A DNA stretch of 64,000 nt from assembly GCF_009914755.1 (NCBI RefSeq), contig NC_060942.1; one strand, 5' to 3'. Shown one piece after another: positions 12,797 to 25,569 of this stretch. Source of the stretch: the human T2T-CHM13v2.0 reference genome, Homo sapiens. The position numbers and the translations under genes are program-made. The stretch's first letter is position 1; every line of letters begins with the position of its first letter. The notes below the pieces were generated by a model. The model saw only the letters and a program-made list of their open reading frames with translations, was not told where the DNA came from and ran no database searches.

Positions 12797-13100
12797 CCTT
12801 CTTGCCTGGATGATGGTGAGCGCCCCGAGGCCAGGTGTGCCTCTGACCTTCTCACCTGGACGATGGTGAGCTCTCTGAGGCCAGATGTGCCTCTGACCTG
12901 CACACCTCAATGATGGTGAGCTCCCTGAGGCCAGGTGTGTCTCTGACCTTCACACTTCAATGATGGTGAGCACCCTGAGGCCAGGTGTGCCTCTGACCTT
13001 CTCGCCTGGATGACTGTGAGCGCCCTGAGGCCAGGTGTGCCTCTGACCTGCACACCTCCAAGACGGTGAGCTCCCTGAGGCCAGGTGTGTCTCTGACCTT
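12797..13100. repeat. 50-bp minisatellite, ~6 copies
   Basis: Unit tgatggtgagcNccctgaggccaggtgtgYctctgacctKcNcRcctNNa at 12811, 12861, 12911, 12961, 13011 and 13061. Confidence 0.96.
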
Positions 13101-14456
13101 CGCATTCCCCTGCAGTGCTTGCTTTGCACATGGCAAGGGTTCAGTGAATGAAATGTGTGCATGTATTTTCATGTCAGGCTTTGTCTGAAGCACCCACCTT
13201 CTCATGGGAAGGCAGGATGATGACCACCTTTGTGTTCTCAGGCTGCAGTTGCTCCAGCCAATCTATGGACCACCCCATTTCCACCAAGTCGGTGAAAACA
13301 CCGTCCTAGTCATTGAATCCAGCAGGCAGTGTTTCTGCATTTTGGTGCCCATTTAAATTCACAGTGACCACACACACACATGGGCCAGTCACATACTGCA
13401 AAACATCTTCAGTGCTTTCCACCCCTTAGCAACAACTACACAGTCCATAGAAATCGCTAGGGCCTTGATTTCCCTTTGGGAAAACCAGAAGCATTATATT
13501 GCAGCCTATGGAGCCTGGTTTCTATCCTCATGACCAACTTTCCACTTGGAAATAAATAGATGACAATGACCAAACACAGCCCCTCAAATAGCAAGTCCTC
13601 CATAAATGCTTGTCGAATTAAAGTAAAATGAATTAGTCAGTTCCATTTGTACAAAAATAACAAGTAAGTGCCTTGAAAATAGCCAAGCAATCGGCTCGGG
13701 AGTGGGAGCCATGGAGGGTGTGGTCAAGAGGAGCCACATAACTGGACTCAGGGCAGGGGACTGGACACAGCCATTGGGACTTCTTGCTTAAGAGTCACTG
13801 CCAGCTCCTTGGGGAGTCCCTTTGCTTCCTCTTCTTCAGTGTTTCCTCACTCTCCCCACAGCCAGAGTGGCTGTGCCTGGTACCCAGTGAGGCTTTTGCT
13901 CACCGAGCCCTGGGTGGGTGTGGAGTGGCCTGGGGAATGTGCTCACACAATCCCACACAGGGATATAACATTCTGAGCGTGTTGACTGGTACTATCCAAG
14001 ATTTAATAATCATGAACTCCACCCAAACTATGCATGCTATAAAATGGCATTTTTAATATCACGGACCTGGTGACATTTACACACCACTTGAACTTTACTT
14101 CAGTGGTTTATATATTACCATCCACGATCCTTTAGAAGTGTGGCTTCAAAGTAGTTTATTCTCTGCCTTAGAATTATTTCTGGACTTTGATACAATCGCG
14201 TTTTGAAGGCCTCCAATAGTTTTAAGCTCCTCATAATAGTTACCATGGAATATTCTATTTCAAGGTGATGCTAAGGCATGCAGTAATTTTCAAAACCATA
14301 AACCACAGAGCAGTGTTTCCATACATCCACTAGAGGTAATAAAATAAAGACTTCCCACTTCCATGAGTCTTTAGAATTAGATCTAGAGAATCATTCCAAT
14401 GACACAGCAGAGCGGGGCTTCCTTCCAGCCTCACCCCAGACTCTGACTGAGGAGAG

Positions 14457-14890
14457 TGATGTGGTTTGGCTCTGTTTGGCCCCACCCAAATCTCATCTCT
14501 AGCTGTGGTCCTTAGTGTTGGAAAAGGGGTGTGCCCACCCAAATCTCATCTCGAGTTGTGGTCCTTAGTGTCAGAAGAGGGGTCTGGTGGGAGGTGATTG
14601 GATGATGGGGTGGACTTCCCCTTGCTGTTCTTGTGATATTGAGTGAGTTCTCACGAGATCAGATTGTTTAAAAGTGTGTGGCACTTCCCCCTTTGCTCTC
14701 TCTCTCAGTGCCATGTGAAGACGTGCCTGCTTCCCCTTCACCTTTCTGCTATTATTGTAAGTTTCCTGAGGCCTCCCCAGCCATGCCTCCTGTACAGCCT
14801 GCTGAACTGTGAGTCAATTAAACCTCTTCTCTTTATAAGTTACCCAGTCTCAGGTAGCTCTTTATAGCAGTGTGAGAACTGACTAATACA
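14457..14890 (+). mobile_element. MSTA-like MaLR solo LTR with an internal 53-bp tandem duplication
   Basis: tgatgtggtttggctctg...gactaataca termini; flanks ggagag/gtagag; attaaa polyA signal. Confidence 0.92.
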
Positions 14891-16351
14891 GTAGAGCTTG
14901 CATTTTCCACAAAGGCCCAAGGTTGGTGGCCAGAATTGCCAGGTATCCCCTGTTGCTGCTGGGACCCAGCTGCACAGCACAGCCTCCCAACTGTGTCCTT
15001 CATTTGTGGGGCTCAGACGCAGCAGAACATCCTCATCTCACCAAGCCCGTTTCTTCCCCGAGGGCAGACTCTGTGTGGCAAAGACAGTGTCCCTGTGATG
15101 ACCCTGCCTAGACCACACACCATCATCTATCTTGCCTCTACAGCAAGCAGTCGGGATAATAAATACAGTCCCAACGGGGCCACTCCCCAGCTAGACTGAG
15201 AGCCCTGGAGGACAGGTTTGGGCTGGGTGTGTCACACACAGGCACTAACAAGGTGCCTGGCTCCCAGCAGACCACCGGGCATGCTTGCTCTGTGTTATTC
15301 ATTATAATCGCACATCTTCCATGGCAAAATATGAGGCTGCTGCATGTTCCTGCGTGTGAGATGGAAACAGTGATCCCTCAAATTACTCGTGCATAAAGCC
15401 TGCTGTTTGCTTGGAGCCCATAGGCTGAAGGTCTGCAGATGATGACGCTGAATTTTACCTCTTCCATGCCTGCCTGAAGTCAGTGGTCAGAAAAAGAGAG
15501 AAAAAAAGTCCGTTTGTTTTTCTGCTGGTGGTGCACAGGCTGCCCTGCATCTACGTCTGCCACCTGTGGGGCACGCTTCCAGAGAGGGGTCCAAGACTGC
15601 TCCTCAGGTGGCCTGCTAAGTGCTACCCACTTCAGGACAGTTCCTGAGCCCAGAATTAAGTCCAGGTCTTCTGGACATGAGCCCCGGGGACGCTGTGAAA
15701 CACCCCCACCCTCTGAATAACATCCTCCTCTGCACACTGCTCATTGCCCCGCCCACAGCCTGTAGCTCCAGCTGCCCTCGTGTTGCAGGCCTGGCTCTGG
15801 GGCGGGGGGGGGGGTCTCATCTTTTTCACTGTTGGCTTTAAGGAGTACATGCATCTACATGCTTTATGGCTACACACACAAGCTCACGCTTATTGCTACA
15901 ACTCCACTGCCTGTCCTGGAAGAAAAGGGAGGGCAGGTTGGACTGCTGAGGGAGATGACGAAGGGCAGAGTGTGTCCCTGGTGTGCCCATCCTTGTCACT
16001 CATGGCTGGTAGCCATGGAGGGTCCTGACTGCACTTGCAGGGGCTGCCTGGGGGGCGCTGGGCATCCTGTGCAACCAGGCTGGTGGGGACAGAGACCTCG
16101 GACCCATGCTGCTACCTCACTCCACCCTCCCACCCCATCTATCAAAAATGCATATTCAAACTCAGATCCACCTTGGTGACAGCATTCCAAATGGTTTCAA
16201 TTGGGGTCAATGGGCTCCTCTTTCAGGTAAGGCATCTGGTGTCCACCTATGGAGCCAGTTACCCATGCCTCAGGTGAAGGGAAACTGGGCAGGAAAATTC
16301 CCAGGGAGTGTCTTCCAGCCACAGAGGCAGAAGCCAAGGCAGTGGCAGGCA

Positions 16352-16430
16352 CTGCAGCTCCCAGGACTACAGCTCCCAGGATTACGGCTCCTAGGATTCA
16401 GCTCCCAGGATGACGGCTCCCAGGATGACG
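16352..16430. repeat. ~15-bp tandem repeat, ~5 copies
   Basis: Units cagctcccaggacta / cagctcccaggatta / cggctcctaggatt / cagctcccaggatga / cggctcccaggatga. Confidence 0.85.
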
Positions 16431-17119
16431 TGTGTGGAACAGGCCAGCAAGTGAGAAGGGCCCACAAAATGGCACGGCTGGAATCTGCAGGTGGAGGCGA
16501 CTCCAGTCTGGGTGCATGGTGTCTCTGTTACCTTCAACAGTCCACAGGGATGCTCTGGGGTCCCTGCTTCCTGCCCTGGGATTTCAGATGGCTCTTGGGC
16601 CACTCATGCAGCACTAGAAAACTCTGTGTGACTCAACCAAACGTGGTGGTTTAACTATAATGTTGGTAAAAACATTGTATTTCTCTAAACATTAAGGCCG
16701 TTTCTCATAACAAAATCAAAGCCCTACATACATGATTGTTGATGTCATGTTTTGAAGCACAATCCATTAAACGTGGTGTGTGTTGTCATTTAGGGCTCAA
16801 AGGAGAAGTAGAGTGAATTGTGGAAAGAGAACTGCCCTAAGAAATGAAACTCTTGCTCCAGTCCTGGCTCTGAAATGCTCCCTGTGACCCCAAGCTAGTC
16901 GTTTCACTTGGGGTGATCAATTCCAAGATGAGGAGGATAATTTCTAGACTCCCCCAACAATGCAGCCTCAGAGTGTGACAGTGACCCTGAAAGCTGTAAA
17001 ACTCGAATCTGAGATTCAGGATAGGGACATGGAACAATGGATCAGAACACGCATTATTCTATGGAATTCTAAGAAATGCCCAGAATCCTAAAAAAAGACA
17101 TCTTAGACTGGGAAGAATG

Positions 17120-17540
17120 ATGAGCTTATCAATCAGTGATTTGGGGACAACTAGATATCCATTTGGAAAGTATAAAATTAAATTTCCTTCTTATCCTTCA
17201 CACAATGATAAATCTAAATATAAAAAAAATACTAAAAAATAAGGGGAATTACATTTAATGTTAGAGAGAAGGGCTTTCTTAGCATAGCACCAAATTGAAT
17301 CAGTGAGAAAAAGTTTAAATCTCTACTAGCAAAGAACGCCGAGAAAACAGTTATAACATAAATGACAAACTCAAAAAATACTTGCAGCATGTTACAAAGA
17401 GTTAATATTCATACTATATAAGGAGCTTCTATAAATCAATAAGAAAAATGCAGAGCTCAATGGAAAAATGAACTGCCAATGAACATGTAAAAATATGAGT
17501 AACCTCATTAATGCCATAACAAACATTAATGTTTTGCGTG

Positions 17541-17583
<43 letters not shown>

Positions 17584-17750
17584 TGCTTTGCAGGCAGGCA
17601 GAGATGAAAAGGGTGATAATATCCATTGTTTGCAAGGATATAGAAAACGGTTATGTTTGTAGGCTGCTGGTGGGATATTGTTGCAACTTCTTTTGGCAAG
17701 TAAGTGAGCTATATCTGCCCAAGTGTATGCACGCCCTCTTTTTTGTTAAA
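17120..17750 (+). mobile_element. Old L1M (L1ME-like) 3' ORF2 fragment
   Basis: ggacaactagatatccatttggaaa...gagttaatattcatactatataaggagcttctataaatcaataagaaaa matches the L1M ORF2 3' region; A-rich. Confidence 0.7.
17535..17582. repeat. (CG)n(CA)n compound microsatellite
   Basis: tgcgtgcgcgcgcacaca... is an uninterrupted purine/pyrimidine alternation. Confidence 0.95.
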
Positions 17751-18252
17751 GGCAAAAAAAAAAAGTTATACATGTCCTCATAAATACTACATTTATAATT
17801 TTTAAAGTAGAAGAGATATTCTAAGTTTGCTGGATGAAAAATAAGATTTTCTGTTTTGGTTTCTATAACCATTTAGGTACTCATTTTAGGAAAACCCAAT
17901 ATATGAAAAACCAAAATGTAAAGCTGCAATTAAATAGAGGTCGTTTATTTGGTGTACTATGTGGTCCACAGTGAAGCCCTTACATAACACCCTGAGACGG
18001 CCTGAGATCACGCGGTTTTGAGTCACTGCCAACTTTTAATGCTAAAATATTAAAAGTTACTGCCCATGAAAATAAATCCAATGTGAAGATAAAGCTTTGT
18101 TTAAACTTTTATGCAAGTCAAAACTCAATTTGTACATGATTATCAAAAGCATGTGACTATACATTTCTCATCCCTCTTAAGCACATTGCAAGATCTACTG
18201 GCTTGGTCTCCATCATCAAGTATACCATGGGATGTAAAAAGTTGTGCCTACG

Positions 18253-18596
<344 letters not shown>

Positions 18597-18624
18597 TTAG
18601 AGCAGCATGCTTTCCTTCTTTAGA

Positions 18625-19170
18625 CAGCCATCCATCTATTTGTCTGTCCACCAATTAGGATTTATCGACGGCCTGTGGTAGTAAGGCTGGTGCTTGGTAC
18701 TGAGGGAGAGAGAGTAGTTAGGGGGACAGGTTCTGTCCTCAAAGGAGGCTGTAGTCTCCTAAGGAGATGTTATCTTTATACCTGACAGCACATGCGTGTT
18801 TCTGGCAGCATGCATGCTGCAGTGCTTTAGAACAGGGCTCAAGATTTTCTTGAGAGGGCCAGAGAGTAGACATTTTAGGCTTTTCAGGCCAGAGGGTCTC
18901 TGTCACAGCTACTCAACATTGCCATCATACCATGAAAGCAGCCATAGAAAATGCACAAGCACATGAATGCAGCTGTGTACCAATAAAACTTTATTTACAA
19001 AAACAAGTGATGGGCCACATTGGCCAATGGGTTGTAGTTGGCCATGCTTTAGAAGGTTAGAGACAGGAGTCAGCTGGAGCTGGGGCCATGTGGAAAGGCA
19101 TTATGAGGAGTGCAAGAGCTGGGCTGGGTCTCAAAGATGAGATGATTAGGGAAAGTCAGGACATGTAGAA
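18625..19170 (-). mobile_element. L2 fragment interrupted by MER58A
   Basis: ccatccatctatttgtc...ggtgcttggtactgaggg...ctgtcctcaaaggagg, resuming after 19054 with gagctgggctgggtctcaaagatgag. Confidence 0.55.
18833..19046 (-). mobile_element. MER58A (hAT-Charlie DNA transposon MITE)
   Basis: ccaataaaactttatttacaaaaaca and gtctctgtcacagctactcaac hallmarks; 8-bp TSD CTTTAGAA at 18825-18832 and 19047-19054. Confidence 0.92.
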
Positions 19171-19238
19171 AACCCAGTGTGGAGAGAGAAAACGGAGCAC
19201 TGACAAGGGCAGGTGCACCCTAGGGTTTGGGGCAGTAA

Positions 19239-19721
<483 letters not shown>

Positions 19722-20434
19722 TAAAGGAGGCAAAATTATTTTCAAAATAACTCTTATGATGAGACCTGGTATAAAAATGAAGAAATACAGAGCTTCTCTG
19801 AATAGAGTGGAGTATCTGGCAGTGGGGGCTCTGAGCTGTGACTCCTTGACCATCACCTCCCCTAGAGGCACTTCTAGGGCCTGCTGGGGCAGGGGACCAC
19901 AGCCATAAAATCCTCCCATAGACATTGAGGATCGCTGGACATTGTGGAGCCAACAGAGGGGCGTGGCCAGAGAGTGGGTTGAGCAGGTGGGTCTGAATCC
20001 TGGAGGGAAGTGACGCTACTTAAACGAATGCCTCTCACAAAAAGTCAAAGTCATCCATAAAGCAGTCCTGCTGAGGCCCAGACACGGAGGCAGGAATGGT
20101 AAGCGGAGGACAGCCGGGGCGCTGCTCGCTCACGTCTGGAGGGGCTGCAGCTTTCGGGACTGGGACAGGGGTCTTTTGTGGATGGGAGAAAACATCACAG
20201 TCATCGCTTAATCAAAAGCGGCATTTGTGACAGGAAGAGAAAAGATCAACTTGACACCAGACTCAAATGACTGGACACTTTCAAAGTAGCAGGACCTGAA
20301 AGCAAACCCCCCAGTACCAAAAGAGCTCCTTTGGGCACTTGGAGAGCCCCTACATGTTAGTTCTGAGAAGTTATTGATTTTATAAGCCCAGATGACTGAT
20401 ATCGCACAAAGCTGCAGCATCATTGAGAAATCCT

Positions 20435-20620
20435 GCCTCTGCCCCTTCTTATCTATGCAAACCTGGGTAAGGAGCAGCCACTCAGAGGCTCAGTTTTCTC
20501 ATCTAGAAAACCCACACTGCAGGATGGGAATGATGACCAAACGGGCGAGGCTCTTGGGAAGCCCCAAGTTCAGCTCCCGGCTCACAGTAAGAGTGTGATC
20601 CCTGTGGTGGTTGTCATTAA
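20435..20620 (+). mobile_element. MIR fragment
   Basis: acctgggtaag...gaggctcagttttctcatctagaaaa is the MIR core. Confidence 0.55.
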
Positions 20621-21200
20621 CGAAGCCCACCTGGTGAACCTGGAAATTTCAGTCATGTTTGCTGCTGAGGGAAAATGCACACCATTCCTTTGCTGTACCT
20701 ACATGTGCTTTGTTGTAGGACAGACCACACCAGCCAAATTGGACTTTCTCGATAGACTGTTCTTGGGAGCCTACTGATACCTCGCTGAACTGCAGGAGGC
20801 TTTTGGTTCAAGTTCATGGAATATTTTCATCCACAATCTGGAAGATCTCTGGCAAATCTGTGGCTTCCTCTTCCACCAGTGGCAGGCATTACTTGCTGAT
20901 CTCAGAGTTCCTCCTGGCTGTGCCAGGATGTGCTCTCAGAGTCCTTCTTAACACATCGCTCCAGGGGACTTTTATCTGTCAATCAGAGGTGATCAGAGGC
21001 AACCCTTGCCACTGATTTGCCATTCTTGGTCTACAAAATGGAAGTTGGGGTGAGGACTTTCCTGAACCAGGCTGATTTCACGCAGGCTTCACCCCGTTGC
21101 TGTTCTAAGCACTGCTGCTCACCAGGATTTCCTTGCACTGCCTGCACTGGTGCCACTGAGCATCTGAGAACCAATGGGTAAGGAGCAGAGGGGCACGTAG

Positions 21201-21602
<402 letters not shown>

Positions 21603-21834
21603 TAAGATCATTGGCAAAAGGTTACATCAGGCTGGTGCCTCGGTGAGCCTGAGAACACAGCAAGGTTCCTGCTCAGCGTCTCTCCTTGGTAATCTTTCTT
21701 GTCTCTCCCTGTCACTGCCCTCTTCATTGATGGGTATCAATTTCCTCATCTACAAATGGAAGAAATCATCTAGGTCAGTGATTTTCAAATGTCTATAGCC
21801 ACAGCCTTCTTCATTCAAGTAGCCTGTGGCTTGG

Positions 21835-22277
21835 TGTATTAGTGTCCTAGGACTGACAGGACGAAGAGCCACAAACAGATGTGTTAAACAGCAGACAGGC
21901 ACTCTCTCACAGCTGTGGAGGACAAGGTGTCGGCAGGGCTGGTTCCTTCCGAGGGCAGGAGGGAGAAGCTGTTCCAGGCCTCTCTCCCAGCTTCTGGGGG
22001 TTGCTGGCAGCCGGGCCTTCCTTGGCTCATGGAAGCATCATCGTGGTCTCTGCCTTCATCTTTGCCTGCATGTCCCTGTGTGCCTGCCTGTCAAATTTCC
22101 AATTTTTAATACGGATACAGTCCTAGTGGATTAAGAACCACCCTGGTGACCTCATCTTCATGAATTATGTCTGCAATGACCCTATCTCCAAATAAGGTCA
22201 CATTCTGAAGTACTGGGGGTTAGGACTTCAAAATATGAATTTAGGGGTGGGCACAAATAACATTTCAACACACAACA
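21835..22277 (-). mobile_element. MLT1C-like MaLR solo LTR
   Basis: tgtattagtgtcctagg...ccaaataaggtcacattctgaagtactgggggttaggacttcaa...acaaca; flanks cttgg/tttgg. Confidence 0.88.
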
Positions 22278-22439
22278 TTTGGAAGTTTGCTTTGAAACAT
22301 AGATTTTTAAATGCTGCTTCCATCGTAGTCATGTAGAAGGCTGAGAACCTGGCCCTGAGGCATTGCTCTCAGCTCCAGCTGAAGATCTACAGGCATTTCT
22401 TTGGAGCATAGTTTAAAATTCACCATACTTGTATAGTAA

Positions 22440-22946
22440 AGAATTAACCTGACCCAAAATGTCTAGCTCTGTCCCTGCCTCCCAGGAGATGATCTTCAGG
22501 AGGAGGGTCTTTGTGAATTTGGGAGCCTACAGTGGGGGCCCTGGGCCCCACAGGATCTGCTCTACCTGCGGATAGGGCTGGAGTCTGAAAGTCACAGGCA
22601 GCACAGGCGGCCACCCCCACGTGACTGAGCCCCATGAAAACCCCAGGCACTGAGGCTTGGGGGAGCTTCCATGTGGGTTGTCACACCCCACGTCCAGTGG
22701 AGTCCTGCTGTCCCCAACCCCGCGGAACAATGGGAAGCTCACACCTGGTCTCTCGGGACCCTGTCCAACACCTGTCTCCTCTTGGCTGATGGTAAGCTGA
22801 AGCGCTGTGGCTCTGACGGCTTCCTGTGAGTTCCGCCAGTCTTTCTAGCAATGATCAGACCTGAGGGACGGCCTGGAAATCCCTAACCTCTGTAGCTGAT
22901 GTCAGAAGTCAGGGCAGTCTTTTGCAGATGACTTCCTAACCTCACA
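22440..22946 (+). mobile_element. MER21C-like LTR
   Basis: cgtgactgagccccatgaaaaccccaggcactgaggcttgggggagcttcc...ttctagcaatgatcagacctgaggg...tgtcagaagtcagggcagtctt. Confidence 0.7.
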
Positions 22947-22959
22947 AGAGAAGATTTTT

Positions 22960-23150
22960 CTTCTTTTTTAAACGGATAATTTTCAAACCCGCACAAAAGA
23001 AGATAAAGAGTATCATGACCGCCAGGTGATTATCAGCCCCCACAACATCATGGCTGGGCCTGCCTTGTCGCATGGCCATCCACCCCTCCCCATACCGTAT
23101 TGTTTATTTTGAAACAAATCCCAAGCATCCTTTTATTTCCTGATGAAGGA
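22960..23150 (-). mobile_element. L1MC-type 3'-end fragment
   Basis: ataattttcaaacccgcacaaaagaagataaagagtatcatga...ttattttgaaacaaatcccaagcatc. Confidence 0.55.
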
Positions 23151-24869
23151 TCTTTTGCTTCTTGTCAATCTTAGGGTTTCGATTCTGTCCCTCTTTATTT
23201 TCCCTCCTCCTTTGCCCTCTGGAGCTGTCTCTCTCTTCCTCTCCCTTTCTTCCTCCACCAGTTTTGCCTCCCACTATTCTCCAACACATTCATAACTTCC
23301 ATCCAACTCTTCTTTCCTTGCTTCCTCTTTTCCTCCAAATTATAAATGACCATGACATGGAGGTGAAACAAATTTTATTTACCAAATTCATTTGTTCCCT
23401 GTTTTTAGTTTTAAAATCAGATGAGCTTAGAAAGAAAAAAGAAAACTAAATGAAATTGTCTCCCAATTCTTGATCTTTTCTTTGTCTTCTCCCTGCCTCC
23501 AGTCCTTATCAGTGGCATCCAATAAAAAAAGACAGTCCCTTTACACCAGGGAGATAGAGGGTCAGACTCTCGGGCGGATTGTTGCTGGCCGAGGATCCAT
23601 CCAGGGAACCTATGGTGTTCCAATAGGGAACACCTTGAGATCAACCAGAACTCTCAAAGGTATGGGCAGTGAGCTGGGCGGTGAGTGTGGGAGGAGACAC
23701 TCCATTGGCTCTAGGTTCGCAGCTTGACAAGGATGGGGAGGTCACTAGCTCCTGGAAAAAGCAGTGGAATATGAGCAACCTAGAAAAGGGAAGGTCTGTT
23801 GTACGAGCAGGAGGAGGTTCCACAGGGATGAGTGAGGGTCATTAAAGGGAAAATTTTGCAAAAATCTATCCTACAAGCAAGACTGTTTACCCTCTATTGA
23901 GAACTAGGATTAGTGCTTTAAAAACATCTTTGCATTTGTTCTTTCCCAGTGATCAGTCGTTAGGAGGCAGAAATAATAAATGGGCAGAAGTGAGTCAGAC
24001 AAGAACGGTGGGGCTCATTCCGTGACACAGATACGCCCACCTGGCCGGAGCTGGTTCCGGAAAGGTCACTGGATTCCCCCTGGTAATCACTGGAGGGCTC
24101 TGTCCATCACTCCAGGGCCTGTGCCTGCACTCGGTGCACAAGGGGGCCCTTTGGCCTTCTCCACGCTTTGTGACAGAGATAAGGGTGCACGGAGACGACT
24201 GAGGGAAATGGCAACATGATTTTTAAACACTAAGAATGAAGAGAAGCGATTACGGGATGCACGTGGCCCTCATGGGCCTTGGCTCTCCCAAAGAAGTTGG
24301 AGAGAAGATCAAGAGCGGTGGTGCTGCTATTTCACAAGTTTGCATTCGTTTTTTTCTAAGCCTTATGCCAGCAAGCCTGTAAGGTGCTGGCATCTGCCTC
24401 ATTTTAAAGATGGGAGTGGTGGGGACCGTGCACAGCCACACGCGTGGGAGGGGTCTGTGCCATGCCCAGCTTTCCCCTCTGCACTCAGAGCATTTGGAGA
24501 GCGGGAGGGAGGGGAGGACAGGGAGGCTGGGAGCACCGCCAGGCTGAAGGCACCTGGTCCTGGGCAGGACCTGCAGCTCGCAGGCCCTCCTCCCTCGGCT
24601 GCATTCCCGGATCCTCGCATTCGAGTCGCCGTGATTAAGAAGGGCCATCTGGGAACAGATGCCGTGCTAATATATGCCCTAAGAGGCGGGTCTTGGGCAG
24701 CCCCACTGCAGGCTGGCAGTTCCCAGCTCAGCCCGTTTATTTCTTACCTGCCGTTCACTGGGGCTCTCGGGTGGTTTATGTCATGTGCGGTAAAGAAATG
24801 ACCATAGAAAGCCCGCCCTGCTTTGGTCATTCTGAGCTGGCCACCAGAGACTCACAAAGGGCTTGCAGA

Positions 24870-25500
24870 GCCAGGGCGGAGCGTAAATCCCTGGGCTGGC
24901 CTGGGAGGGCCACGCTGGACCAACGTCCCTGCTGGGCCAGGCTCCGCGCGGCCGGCTGCGGGAGCCTCTGCTCCCGACACCTGCCTGCCCGACTCCTGGC
25001 CCCCACCCCATCCGCAGAACGCCAGGCATGCCAGGGCGGCCGGGCAGGGGCTCCCGGCCAGCGTCCTCCCCCAGGCAGGCAGCACCTCTCGGCCGTCAGC
25101 AGTGCAGCCAGGCGCCCATCCGGCAGCCGCTTGGTCTGGCCCAGCCCCACCTGCACAGAATGCTGCTGCACCAGAGAGTCCTGGGCCATTAGCAGGGCCC
25201 TCCCGGAGCCGGAGAAGTGAGGGGCCAAGTCCACTCCAGGCCAGGCGCAAGCCCGGGAGCAGAGCTCGGGCGCCCTCTCCTTCCATCTCAGTACAGCACC
25301 CTGTTCCTCCTCCCTCTGCAGGCCGTCTCTGGGTTTTCTTACTGAGATGGTCAAGGGTGAAACCCGAGGGGCTGCTCTGTCCTTCCGCTGCTGCGCCCCT
25401 GTGGAGAGAAATGAGCCCCCTCCCCAGTCACAGCGATGAAACTAGCTCAGGGACCACTCACGTCAGCCCCAGGAAGGACGCCGGCCTGGGTGGGAAGGGT
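24870..25500. promoter_or_regulatory. CpG/GC-rich patch (weak CpG-island-like)
   Basis: Clusters such as ctccgcgcggccggctgcggg and gggcggccgggc; GC box gggcggag at 24873; not repeat-derived. Confidence 0.45.
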
Positions 25501-25569
25501 AGGGTTCCCAGTGCTGACTCACCGTGGGGCTCACGGCTGGCAGAGTCTCAGTTACCAGGTGACCTGGAT

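Noticed and set aside
21770-22430. Possible hAT MITE (cagtgattttcaaa ... agtttaaaattcac) split by the MLT1C
   Set aside because: Termini too decayed to assign without an HMM search.
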